DNA of 64,000 bases from Ostreococcus lucimarinus (lineage: Eukaryota): the NCBI GenBank assembly GCA_000092065.1, contig CP000589.1; one strand, written 5' to 3'. The notes under the pieces were generated by a model, which did not search any database, was not told the DNA's origin, and saw only the letters and a program-made list of their open reading frames with translations. Position numbers and translations under genes: made by a program. Each line of letters opens with the position of its first letter. Positions within the stretch are counted from its first letter, which is position 1. This document shows positions 52,306-62,063 of this stretch, in pieces.

Positions 52306-53583
52306 ATGCGCAATCTATTCGCGCGCGCGCGCGACGCCGGCGTCGGCGAGCGCCTGCCCGGGTCGACGTTCGAGCGATGCGTGTACTTGGACTACAACGC
52401 CACGACGCCCATATGGCCCGAAGTCTCTCGCGCCATGGCGCCGTTCCTGCACGAACACTTCGGGAACCCGTCGTCCGGACACGCGTTCGCGACGCCGTGT
52501 CGAGAAGCGATCGACGCCGCGCGCGAATCGACGGGCGCGATGTTGGGGTGCGCGAGCGACGAGGTGACGTTTACTTCGTGCGGAAGCGAGAGCGATAATT
52601 TCGCCATCGATGGCGCGGTGCGTGGGTTTTTGAAGAAGAACGCCGGACGCGGATTGCCGAAGATTGTGACGACGGCGATCGAGCACCCGGCGGTGATCGA
52701 GCACTTGAAGGCGAAGGCGGCGTTCGGGGAATTGACGTACGAGTTGGTCGGCGTCGACGAGGAGGGGTTGGTGAACGCGGACGACGTGATCGACGCTATC
52801 GATGAGAACACGTGCTTGGTGACGGTGATGCACGCGAACAACGAAACGGGAGCGATACAGCCTGTGGCTGAAATCGCGAGACGGGCGCGAGAGCGCGGCG
52901 TGCTGACGCACACGGACGCAGCGCAGAGCGCCGGAAAAGTTCCGGTGAAGGTTGACGCCCTCGGGGTCGACATGGCGACGATCGTTGGGCACAAAATCGG
53001 CGCGCCGAAGGGAGTGGGCGCCTTGTACATCCGTCGGGGTACTGACTTAGGCGACGCCAAGCCGTTTTACGGCGGTGGCCAGGAGAGCGGGCGGCGTGCG
53101 GGCACCGAGAACGTATTGCACATAGTCGGTTTGGGCAAGGCGTGCGAGATCGTCGAGCGCGAGATGGATACGTGCCCGAAACATTTGAAGGCGATGCGAG
53201 ACGATCTGCAGAAGCGGCTGGTTGACGCGCTCGGTGGCACCGATGGTTCGGGCGTGCGCGTGAACGGCCCGCGCGACGATGACAAGCGCTTGCCGAATAC
53301 GCTGAACATCGGCATCAAAGGTTTGCTCGCCTCGATCACGCTTATGGAACTCAGCGAACTGCTCGCCGCGAGTGCGGGCGCGGCGTGTCACACACCAGAC
53401 GCCGCCACGTCGGGCGGTGCGACGGTATCGAGCGTTCTAGAGGCGATGAACGTGCCCATGGAGTACGCCGTCGGCACGTTACGACTGAGTGTCGGTCGAC
53501 ACACCGTCGAGCGAGACGTCGAGCGCGGCGCGGCGTTGTTGATCGACGCCGCGAAAAGACAAAATGCGGGCGCGCCGCGGTGA
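52306..53583 (+). CDS. Class-V aminotransferase: cysteine desulfurase / selenocysteine-lyase-like (NifS superfamily)
   Basis: YLDYNATTPIWPEV, active-site loop SAGAACHT and LRLSVGRHTVERDV resemble SCLY (SVGAACHS...LRLSVGRSTT); a possible longer start at 52186 would add a presequence. Confidence 0.75.
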   Translation: MRNLFARARDAGVGERLPGSTFERCVYLDYNATTPIWPEVSRAMAPFLHEHFGNPSSGHAFATPCREAIDAARESTGAMLGCASDEVTFTSCGSESDNFAIDGAVRGFLKKNAGRGLPKIVTTAIEHPAVIEHLKAKAAFGELTYELVGVDEEGLVNADDVIDAIDENTCLVTVMHANNETGAIQPVAEIARRARERGVLTHTDAAQSAGKVPVKVDALGVDMATIVGHKIGAPKGVGALYIRRGTDLGDAKPFYGGGQESGRRAGTENVLHIVGLGKACEIVEREMDTCPKHLKAMRDDLQKRLVDALGGTDGSGVRVNGPRDDDKRLPNTLNIGIKGLLASITLMELSELLAASAGAACHTPDAATSGGATVSSVLEAMNVPMEYAVGTLRLSVGRHTVERDVERGAALLIDAAKRQNAGAPR

Positions 53584-53656
53584 ATAGCGCCGTTAGAGAC
53601 GCAGAAGTTCTTCTACCTAGCAATATTAATACACGATGAGTTATTCGAACGACGCG

Positions 53657-54514
53657 TCAAATTCGCAAGCTCTCCACGCCGAAATCCTCGTCTCGCGCGC
53701 CGCCGCGACTATGCTTGGCACCACCTTTTCCTTTTGATTTCTTCTTCGTCTTCACCTCGGCCCAATCTCCGGTGTCAAATTCCTCGACATCGATCCCATC
53801 CTCCACCGCCTTCTCCCTCGACCGTCGTTCTTCCTCCATCTCTTCCTCCAAGACGTCCGCGCACGCGTCCGCGTCGCCGCGACACGCTCGCAGCGTCCTC
53901 CGCAATCTTTCCGCGTCCACGCACCCCGTCCTGCGCGCCAACGCACACAACTCATCATCCCTCAACATCGCCACGCTCAGCGGTCCCCCCGGCTCGTCGA
54001 ATCGCCTCGAATTCCTCAACCGCACGCTATTATAATGATCGCGCCCCTCGTACGTCACGTGATACGTCTTCGCTCCATCGTCCCTCGCGTCCGCGCCCGC
54101 CACCCATCGCGGCGACCCCGCTTGATGGATGCATATCCCCACTCTCAGCGCCGCCGTCGCCGCGTTCACCTCCAGATGTCCCGCCCACTCCCCGTCCCTC
54201 GCCATTCGTTCGACGTACTCGTCGAACGTCTCGTCGTCCTCCACGAACGGCGCGAACGCCTCTCGTCTCGCCTCCACGCGCGCCACCACGCGTCTTCGCA
54301 CCTCCGCGTGTCTCGACTCGTCGCCGTACCTCTGATCCGCGAGCGCGCGAAAGAAGCAGTTCCCGTCCGCCTCCACCGCGCGTCGCTCGAGGTTCAGCGC
54401 GCGAAGCTGCCGCTCGAGCGTCGCGATCTCGTCCCGCGACGCCGCGTCGCGAGCGTCGCGCGTTATCGCGCCGTCGCGACGCGCGCGATCGCGACGCGCG
54501 CGTCCCTTGCCCAT
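53657..54514 (-). CDS. OTU-domain cysteine protease (deubiquitinase-like)
   Basis: Cys box DGNCFFRAL, His box THYNSV; Lys-rich C-terminal tail. Confidence 0.6.
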   Translation of the reverse strand: MGKGRARRDRARRDGAITRDARDAASRDEIATLERQLRALNLERRAVEADGNCFFRALADQRYGDESRHAEVRRRVVARVEARREAFAPFVEDDETFDEYVERMARDGEWAGHLEVNAATAALRVGICIHQAGSPRWVAGADARDDGAKTYHVTYEGRDHYNSVRLRNSRRFDEPGGPLSVAMLRDDELCALARRTGCVDAERLRRTLRACRGDADACADVLEEEMEEERRSREKAVEDGIDVEEFDTGDWAEVKTKKKSKGKGGAKHSRGGARDEDFGVESLRI

Positions 54515-54599
54515 CGAGGCGCGCGATCAGCGGCGCATCGCGTCGGCGCGTCGGCGCGTGACGCCGCCGCCACTCCGCGACGCGCGCGACGCGATCGAC

Positions 54600-55718
54600 A
54601 TGCCGCGCGCGAAGCGATCGGCGTCGGAACCGAGCGACGCGACGCGCGCGATCGTCGACGCGCGCGCGCCGAAGCGCTCCAGGACGCGCGAGGACGACGC
54701 GCGCGACGACGGCGCGGCGCTCGACGGGGCGATCTCGCTGCGAGCGGCGGGGCGAAAGAAAAATGCCGCGCCGACGCGCACGAGCGCGCTCGCGGCGCCC
54801 ATCATGGCGCTGACGAGGGGACACGAGGGCGGGGTGAACGCGGTGGCGTTCTCGCGGAGCGGCGCGACGCTGGCGAGCGCGGGACACGACGGGGGATTGG
54901 CGCTGTGGCGCGTGGGCGACGCGAGCGCGAGCGCGAATTTTATGACGGCGAGGGGGTGTAAAAACGCCGTCACGGACGCGTGTTACACGATGGACGACGA
55001 GTGCGCGGTGACGAGCGACGCGGATGGGGTCGTGAGGGTGTGGGACGCGGAGACTGGGGGGCAGGTGAAGTCGTACGCGTCGACGCGAGGGAAGTGCGCG
55101 AACGCGGTGAGCGCGGCGAGAGGGGATTTGGTGATGAGCGCGAGCGACGACGGGAGCGCGTGCGTGTGGGATTTGAGGGTGAAAAAGCGAGCGGCAAGGA
55201 CGTACGCGCACGCGGTGCCGCAGACGGCGTGCGTGATGAGCGCGCACGGGGATCGCGCGTACGTCGGAGGCGTGGACGACGTCGTTCGCGCGTGGGACGC
55301 TAGAATGGAGAATAAATCGCTGATGACGCTCGAAGGGCACGAAGACACGATCACCGGACTAGACATTTCGCCGTGCGGGTCGTTCGTGCTGAGTAACTCG
55401 ATGGATAACACGCTGAGGATGTGGGACACGCGCGCGTTCGTCGAGGGCGAACGCGAGACGAAGCGATTCGTCGGGCACTCGCACAATTTTGAAAAGGCAC
55501 TCTTGCGATGCGCGTTCAACGCCGACGGCACGCGCGTGGGGTCTGGGTCCGCGGACTCTTGCGTGTACGTCTGGGAAGTCGAGAACGCCAAGCTGAAGTA
55601 CAAGCTTCCGGGGCACAAGGGCGTGGTGTCCGGCGTCGCGTTTAGCCCGGCGGAAAACCCCGTCATCGCGAGCGGCGGCGCGGACGGCGTCGTCTTCGTG
55701 GGCGAATTGGATCGATGA
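54600..55718 (+). CDS. SNRNP40: U5 snRNP 40-kDa WD40 protein (SNRNP40/PRP8BP ortholog)
   Basis: APIMALTRGHEGGVNAVAFSRSGATLASAGHDGGLALW aligns with human SNRNP40 [37 protein letters not shown]; seven WD repeats. Confidence 0.8.
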   Translation: MPRAKRSASEPSDATRAIVDARAPKRSRTREDDARDDGAALDGAISLRAAGRKKNAAPTRTSALAAPIMALTRGHEGGVNAVAFSRSGATLASAGHDGGLALWRVGDASASANFMTARGCKNAVTDACYTMDDECAVTSDADGVVRVWDAETGGQVKSYASTRGKCANAVSAARGDLVMSASDDGSACVWDLRVKKRAARTYAHAVPQTACVMSAHGDRAYVGGVDDVVRAWDARMENKSLMTLEGHEDTITGLDISPCGSFVLSNSMDNTLRMWDTRAFVEGERETKRFVGHSHNFEKALLRCAFNADGTRVGSGSADSCVYVWEVENAKLKYKLPGHKGVVSGVAFSPAENPVIASGGADGVVFVGELDR

Positions 55719-55772
55719 GTCATCGTTTGTCATATAATTTACATGCAGTAAGTAGTCTATCGGCGTGCGTCG

Positions 55773-57866
55773 TCAGCCGTCGCTGCTATAATATCCAGCG
55801 CTCGCGCGCGCCGTAAACGCTTCGCCGTCCAATCCGCGCGTCGCCTCGATGACGTCAACCTTTGCGGGTCGACGTTTCGGTGTCGTCGCTTTGCTCGATC
55901 GTCGAGACGACGTGCGATGGATGCCGACGCGCTCTTCCCCGCTCTCTAACGAATCTGAGCGGTCACCGAGCGATCGTCGCGATCCGCCGCGAGACGAACG
56001 GTCGCGCGAGCGACGACTACGATCTCGCGAACGGTCGCGCGAGCGACGCCGTCGCGGTGATCTGTCTCGCGAGCGATCGCGTCGCCGTCTGTCCCGGTCG
56101 TCATATCGATCGTCGTAACCCCCTGGATGATGATATCCAGGAGGTGGAGGCATGCCTGGATATTGCGCCGCCATGTACATGGGATGCATCGGCATCATCG
56201 GCGCCGCGTACGCGTAGGGCATCGCCATGTACGGCTGTGGCACACCGTACGGCTGCATCGGAGGCGGATGCCCGTGCGCGCTCGGCGGTCCGCGCGGGTA
56301 CCCTGAGGAATCGTACGAGGCGTGCGATCTATCGTCGCTGTATTCACTATTCGAGCGGCTGCGCGCGACGTAGCCGCCGGGTTCGCTTCGTTGTCGCGGG
56401 ACGTCGTGTCCACCGAAAGAGTCCGCTCGAGTAAACGCGTCCGCGGACGCGACGCTGCGACTCGAAGATGGTACGCCTCGAGGATAGCCGTCGTGGTTGG
56501 CGCCCGGACGCTGCGACTCGATCCAACGCTGCATTCGAGACTCGTGCGCGCGCGCCTTCATCTCCGGCGTGGTGAGCGTTTCGCGCGCGTCGTTCGGTTC
56601 GAGCCCTTCGTAACAGCACAGGCCGTGAACATTCGTGATCGTGTCCGAGGCCCCGAGCGAGAGTAAGTACTCGCCGAGCGCCTGATAGCCGTAAGCGAAA
56701 CAAAAGTGCAAACCGGTGTGCCCGTTGTTCGTTTGAGCGTCGATGAGTTCCAACCTCGGCGGCTTTGATTTATAATCCGTGCTCTTCAGCACCAATTTCG
56801 CCGACCGTCGCTGATTGTTTTGACACGCGATGTGCAACAGGGTCAGCCCGTTGCCGTCGCGAACTCTCGGATCGACGCCCGAGGCGAACAACTTTTGCAA
56901 CTCCTTCACGCGACCGTGACGGGCGCGACTGAATGCCTCGATCACCAGCGCGTCGCCACCCGCGCTCGAACCTCCCCAAGAGCTGCCTCCGTCGTCGTCC
57001 GAGAAGTCGGAGCGGTCGCTCGAACGCTCCGATCCGATGTCTGAGATGTCGCACCTCGTCAGACGCGCTTGATTTCTAAACTGCGTGGCGAGCTCGTCCA
57101 CCCCACCCTGGGTTTGCAGCAGCGGCCGTCGCGCGTTCGACGCGGTTTTATTCGTCAGACTTTCGTCTTCGCCGAAATTCGGCACGCCGAGGTCTTCGCG
57201 ACGAGCCGCGCGCCGACTCGACGGGCTCGCCTCGGGCGAAACGGAAATCATCACGTGTCCGTCGTTGGCGCCGACGGCGCCCGCGCGCGTGGGCGTCGAC
57301 GGTTCCGGAACGAACGCTCGCGCTTGAGACGCCGAGTTCGCGCGTCCGCGCTCGAGTCGCGCGCCCCCGACGTCGTCGTCGTCGTCGGTGTCGTCTAGGT
57401 TGCTCTCCGCGTCGTCGTCGTCCACCGCCTCCAGCGCTTGGTTCGCCCCCGCGCTCTCCGCGTACTCCCGCACGACGATCGCCAGCCCGCGCTCCCACAT
57501 CGCCGCCTGCGCCACCGTCTGTCCCGTGAGCTCGACCACGTCCCCGTCGCGCTTGATCAACCGCACCACCAGCCCGTCGCCTCGTCGCTCCACTCTCGAC
57601 ACGTTTTTAAACGCGCACATCCTCGTCAACCTCGCCTCGTCCGCCGCCCCTCGAACCTCCCCCCACCGCACGCTCGCCCCGTTCGCGTCCACCTTGGCGA
57701 ACACGCACCGCCCGCCGCTCCCGCGCGCGGACCCATCCGTCGCGAACTCTCGCGCCGCCGCCAGCGTCCCGCCCGCTCGCAGTCGCCTCGTCGCCTCGTC
57801 GTCGCCCTCGCGCGTCGTCGACGCCGTCGTCCCGTCCGCCTCGAACAGCGGGTTCGTCCGTCGCAT
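55773..57866 (-). CDS. Ankyrin-repeat protein with an N-terminal PH-like region and a C-terminal Pro/Met/Tyr-rich plus RS/RD-dipeptide domain
   Basis: GNGLTLLHIACQNNQ, NNGHTGLHFCFAYGY; RDRSRDRSPRRRRSRDRSRDRS. Confidence 0.55.
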   Translation of the reverse strand: MRRTNPLFEADGTTASTTREGDDEATRRLRAGGTLAAAREFATDGSARGSGGRCVFAKVDANGASVRWGEVRGAADEARLTRMCAFKNVSRVERRGDGLVVRLIKRDGDVVELTGQTVAQAAMWERGLAIVVREYAESAGANQALEAVDDDDAESNLDDTDDDDDVGGARLERGRANSASQARAFVPEPSTPTRAGAVGANDGHVMISVSPEASPSSRRAARREDLGVPNFGEDESLTNKTASNARRPLLQTQGGVDELATQFRNQARLTRCDISDIGSERSSDRSDFSDDDGGSSWGGSSAGGDALVIEAFSRARHGRVKELQKLFASGVDPRVRDGNGLTLLHIACQNNQRRSAKLVLKSTDYKSKPPRLELIDAQTNNGHTGLHFCFAYGYQALGEYLLSLGASDTITNVHGLCCYEGLEPNDARETLTTPEMKARAHESRMQRWIESQRPGANHDGYPRGVPSSSRSVASADAFTRADSFGGHDVPRQRSEPGGYVARSRSNSEYSDDRSHASYDSSGYPRGPPSAHGHPPPMQPYGVPQPYMAMPYAYAAPMMPMHPMYMAAQYPGMPPPPGYHHPGGYDDRYDDRDRRRRDRSRDRSPRRRRSRDRSRDRSRRSRDRSSRGGSRRSLGDRSDSLESGEERVGIHRTSSRRSSKATTPKRRPAKVDVIEATRGLDGEAFTARASAGYYSSDG

Positions 57867-58165
57867 GTTCGCGCGTCCCTCGCGGCGCTCTCGCGTCGCT
57901 CGCGTCGGTTTTCGCGCGCGATCGCGCTTACGGTCGTTCGTTCGCGCGCTTTCAATTCGCGTCTTCGACGCCCTCGCGCTCGACGTCGCGCGCCGCTCGA
58001 CCGCGCGCGCGCTCACTCGACGCGCATGCCGCGCGCGCGCGATCCCGCGTCGCGCGCCCCGCGCGCGTCGCGTCGCGTCGCGTCGTCTTCTCCCGGATTC
58101 GCGTCGTCGCCCCGCGCGCCGAATCCCCAATCGCCGACGCGCGTGCTGGTCGCGCGCCGCGCGCC

Positions 58166-58492
58166 ATGGTGGACGCGCGCACTTTTGCCGGCGCGCGCGC
58201 GTCCCTCGATCCCGCCAGCGCGCCGCGCGCGCCCGCGGACGTCCCCGGATTCGATCGCGCGAACCCTCGCCGGAGCGCCCCCGCTTCGGTGCTCGCCGCG
58301 CGCGAGGTCGCCGCGCGCGAGACCGCGGTCGCCGTCGAGCGCGCGAAATTGCTCCGCGAGAGCGTCGTCGCGTGTTATCGCGCGGAGGGGGTGAATCACC
58401 TCGAGCGGTGCGGCGCGCGCGTCAGGGCGTACCTCGAGGCGATCGGAAACGTCGGCGCGCATCGAATCAACGCGGGCGAGCGCGACCGATAG
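58166..58492 (+). CDS. NDUFB10: NADH dehydrogenase (ubiquinone) 1 beta subcomplex subunit 10 (complex I PDSW)
   Basis: LRESVVACYRAEGVNHLERCGARVRAYLEAIGNVG versus Arabidopsis LREKVKWCYRVEGVNHYQKCRHLVQQYLDSTRGVG. Confidence 0.7.
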   Translation: MVDARTFAGARASLDPASAPRAPADVPGFDRANPRRSAPASVLAAREVAARETAVAVERAKLLRESVVACYRAEGVNHLERCGARVRAYLEAIGNVGAHRINAGERDR

Positions 58493-58694
58493 CGAGCGAC
58501 GCGATTGTAACGAACGACGATGTAACGACGAACGATGACGAACGCGTCGGCGCGTCGACGGACGCGCGAATCGCGAGTCGCGCGGATTGCATTGAATTAA
58601 ATTAAATCATCGAACGAACGACAGACGTCGACGCGGCGCGCGACGACGACGGCGCGACGCGCGCGACGCGCGCGCGCGCGAGGGACGCGGGACG

Positions 58695-61600
58695 ATGTCG
58701 AGCGACGACGACGCGGGACGGCGTGCGCGGGGGGAGGCGAACGCGGGCGAACACCCTGGACGGGAGCGACGGACGGCGACGGACGACGAGGACGACGGCG
58801 ACGCGGGGGCGGGGGGGGGGGCGAGGGACGAGGGCGCGCGGCGCGAGGGCGGGCGCGAGGGCGGGAGGGCGCGGGAGGCGCGGGAGGGGGCGGGCGACGC
58901 GCGGACGACGCGCGAACGCGAACGCGAGCGCGAGCGCGAGCGCGAACGCGAGCGCGAGCGCGAGCGCGAGAGCGAGAGCGAGAGCGAGAGCGATTCGGCG
59001 TCGACGTCGACGTCGGACGGATCGACGACGACGGATGGGGAGACGCGCGCGGGCGCGGCGCCGGCGACGGAGGAGTACGACGTCGAGGGCCGACTTCCGT
59101 CTCGAACGCCTCCCGCGGGCGATTCGCGAGGATTCTGGACGCGCTGCTATCACGAGGGCGCGAAGTTTTGCGGACTCGGGGTTTTGTTGGAGGAAATTCC
59201 GTCGGAGAGTTCTTCGAGCGAGAGTTCGAGCGATTCCGACAGCGAATCGGACAGCGAAGGATCTCGACGACGTCACAGGTTGCGCGCGTTGGATAGCTTT
59301 AAGAGCAACATGTCGGAGGGTTCAGAACTTGATGAAGCAGATCTCAACGACGAGGTTAAGCAGAGAGTTCTAGACGAAGGGAAGGCGAACATTTACCCGT
59401 CTCTGGCGATCATGGAGGTGCTGTTCAACAAAATGCAGGAACGACTCTCGAAGAAAGCGGTTCGCGACGAAATGCTCGAGGCGAAACGCGCGGACGAAGC
59501 TGTTACGGCCGCACACCGGAATCGCAGGCAACGGTCGAGAGCGTGGCTGTTGCATCAGTTTGTCTCGTCCAAGTTCTTTACGTTTCTCACCGCGTCGATG
59601 ATTTTCTATTCCAGCATCGTGTGCGGCATCGTGTCGCAGGATCCCGACAAATGGTTTGACACGAAGTTCGAAGATGTTAGCTTCTTAGTGCTGAACATCG
59701 GGTTCGCCGTCGAAGCGGTCATGCGCATCATGTCTAGCGGCGTCATCATCAAAGAGGATGGCGTCAAACACTTGGTCGAGTTGAGGCCTCATTACTACTT
59801 TCACGACCCCGTTAACTGCGTCGATTTCGTCGTGACAGTGCTGTCGTTTATGGAGTACGTCGTCAGCGGTAATTCTCTGGACGCCGTGCGAACTTTCCGT
59901 CTCATTCGATTGCTTCGTCTGATTCAGATGGTCGAAGACATGCGTGTAATTTTGGATGGCGTCATCCAAGGCGTCCTGAGCATAGTCTGGATTCTCGTTC
60001 TCCTTACGGTCGTCGTGTACATCTACGCTGTGATCGGTGCGGTGTTGTTCGGTGAAAACGATCCGCGCAACTTCAGAAGTCTGAGCATCGCGTTCAAGAC
60101 GGTTATATCGATGACGACGATGTCGGACTGGCTAGACTTTCTGTACATCAATTATCATGGCTGCGACCAGTACGGCTACGACGGAGCAGACGCGTCTTAT
60201 TGTACGAACCCAAAGTCGCAGAAGGTATTGGCGACTGCGTACATTATGTCTCTCATCGTCATTCTCGGTAATATCATGATGAGCCTGTTCATCGGGGTCA
60301 TCACAAACAAGATGGAGGACGCCGCGCTCGAACTGAAGGATTCCAAAGACGCGAAAAAGAGGAAGACGAAAGCCGCAGTCGCAGCTGAGGTGTGGGACGA
60401 TCCGGCGTTAACTCCGTTAAAAATCGGTGCCGAGCAGTACGCGCAGTTGCTGTATCACCTGAATTTACTCTCCGGCGTGCGAGCGGAAGGGGTTGTCAGG
60501 CCGCTGCCAGATCTGCCAAAGTGGAAACGCGCGCAACTCTGGTTGAAAAGAATGGTCACGAACACAGTGTTCGAGTGGGGTGTCGTGATGATGATCATCG
60601 CCGTGGCTATTACTTCGGGTCTTGGTCTTGAATACAACCAGCAAGGCAAAGAATGGTACAAGACAACTGAGGCGTTTTTCATAGCCGCCTTTACGGCTGA
60701 ACTCATCATAAAGTTTTTCGCCTACCTCGACAGAAGTCTTTCGTTTTACACGGGCAAGCAAAAGTGGTGGAACTTGTTTGACACATTCGTGGTGCTGGTT
60801 GGGCTCATACCCAGTTCGTATCAGAAGGCGGCGGTCGTTGTGCGACTTCTTCGGCTCCTTAGAATCCTGCGCCTCGTACGCGTGATCAAGCAGCTGCAAG
60901 TCGTCGTTCTCTCGCTCATCGCGGGAATGAACTCGATTGTTTACGTCGCGGTGTTTATGAGCGTCATCTTCTTTGTCTACGCCGTGGCAGGCGTACAAGT
61001 GTTTCGATTGAACGATCCATTCCATTTTTGCGATTTGTCCAACGCCGTGGTGACGCTTTTCACGGTATCCTTCTTGGAAGACTGGCGACCGGTGTTTGAC
61101 ATCAATTTTTACGGCTGCGACAAAAATTTGTTCGGCGATACCGATGGCGGCGTATATTACGCGTCGACGATTGATGTTGACATATCGAACGGCTCGACCG
61201 TGGTGTGCTCGCATCCACAGCAGCACAAGATGTTTGCGTTCTTCTTCTTCAGCTCGTACATTCTGTTGTCAGCCATGGTCCTCGTGTCCGCGTTCGTCGG
61301 TATCATCGTGACGAGTATGCAAAGCGCGTCCACGATGGTCCGCCAGCGCCTTGCCTCCGAAGAGCGCCTGAAAATGATCGAAGAATTCTTCCAACTCGAC
61401 GAACACGCATCAAAACAAACTGTTTACGTATACAATCTTCTTGACAGCGGATTTGAAGGCGAGCTCACGCCGGAGAAGATTATGGAGAAGATGGCGCTCT
61501 TTGACATTCCCACGAACCCGGAACTCCTCAAACGCGCGCATCAAACCGTGAACGGGCTCATGGACGCCCCGTTCGACGCGGCCGACTTCTTGCTTCTCAC

Positions 61601-61733
61601 GGTTCTCGCCGAACGCGCGAGAAAAGTACAGGAAAAGCTCGATGAAGACGGCCAAGTCGGCTCGCTCGAAGACGTCGATTTTATTCGCGCGCGCCTGAAC
61701 CAATCGGGTCACCACGATATCGGTGCGCCCTAA
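58695..61733 (+). CDS. Two-repeat (2 x 6TM) voltage-gated cation channel with Nav/Cav-type pore loops; acidic low-complexity N-terminus
   Basis: Two S4 segments RLIRLLRLIQMVEDMR and VVRLLRLLRILRLVRVIKQL; pore I FRSLSIAFKTVISMTTMSDW and pore II FCDLSNAVVTLFTVSFLEDW align residue for residue with NavBac [20 protein letters not shown]. Confidence 0.75.
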   Translation: MSSDDDAGRRARGEANAGEHPGRERRTATDDEDDGDAGAGGGARDEGARREGGREGGRAREAREGAGDARTTRERERERERERERERERERESESESESDSASTSTSDGSTTTDGETRAGAAPATEEYDVEGRLPSRTPPAGDSRGFWTRCYHEGAKFCGLGVLLEEIPSESSSSESSSDSDSESDSEGSRRRHRLRALDSFKSNMSEGSELDEADLNDEVKQRVLDEGKANIYPSLAIMEVLFNKMQERLSKKAVRDEMLEAKRADEAVTAAHRNRRQRSRAWLLHQFVSSKFFTFLTASMIFYSSIVCGIVSQDPDKWFDTKFEDVSFLVLNIGFAVEAVMRIMSSGVIIKEDGVKHLVELRPHYYFHDPVNCVDFVVTVLSFMEYVVSGNSLDAVRTFRLIRLLRLIQMVEDMRVILDGVIQGVLSIVWILVLLTVVVYIYAVIGAVLFGENDPRNFRSLSIAFKTVISMTTMSDWLDFLYINYHGCDQYGYDGADASYCTNPKSQKVLATAYIMSLIVILGNIMMSLFIGVITNKMEDAALELKDSKDAKKRKTKAAVAAEVWDDPALTPLKIGAEQYAQLLYHLNLLSGVRAEGVVRPLPDLPKWKRAQLWLKRMVTNTVFEWGVVMMIIAVAITSGLGLEYNQQGKEWYKTTEAFFIAAFTAELIIKFFAYLDRSLSFYTGKQKWWNLFDTFVVLVGLIPSSYQKAAVVVRLLRLLRILRLVRVIKQLQVVVLSLIAGMNSIVYVAVFMSVIFFVYAVAGVQVFRLNDPFHFCDLSNAVVTLFTVSFLEDWRPVFDINFYGCDKNLFGDTDGGVYYASTIDVDISNGSTVVCSHPQQHKMFAFFFFSSYILLSAMVLVSAFVGIIVTSMQSASTMVRQRLASEERLKMIEEFFQLDEHASKQTVYVYNLLDSGFEGELTPEKIMEKMALFDIPTNPELLKRAHQTVNGLMDAPFDAADFLLLTVLAERARKVQEKLDEDGQVGSLEDVDFIRARLNQSGHHDIGAP
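58909..58993 (+). repeat. (GCGARC)n / (GAGAGC)n microsatellite encoding (RE)n(SE)n in the channel N-terminus
   Basis: Direct reading. Confidence 0.85.
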
Positions 61734-62063
61734 CCAATGCCCGCGTAAACATGTAATCACATCTTGGATTCTCAGCGATCCGATCCTCGTCCGATCCTCG
61801 ATCGACGCCGAACGCCGCCGCGGGCGCGACGCCAGACCCAGCCTCGTGGTGAATCGTCACCCATGACGAAACGCACGGTGCGTCTCCGCGCTCGAATTCG
61901 CTCGCGGCTGAACGCGCGCGCGTCGCGCGGCGCACACACACGTTCGAGCGTCGCGATCGACGCTCACGAGCGTCACCGCGCGCGAACGCTTCGACGCCGT
62001 GACGGCGATCGATCGATCGACTGACGACGAATTCCCCGGGAAAACGCGCGCAGAAGGACGCCG

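Noticed and set aside
58909-58993. (GCGAGC)n and the 27085-27228 18-bp array as possible non-coding satellites
   Set aside because: Both are in frame inside long ORFs and encode (RE)n/(SE)n and (TPVPTP)n; treated as coding microsatellites rather than independent elements
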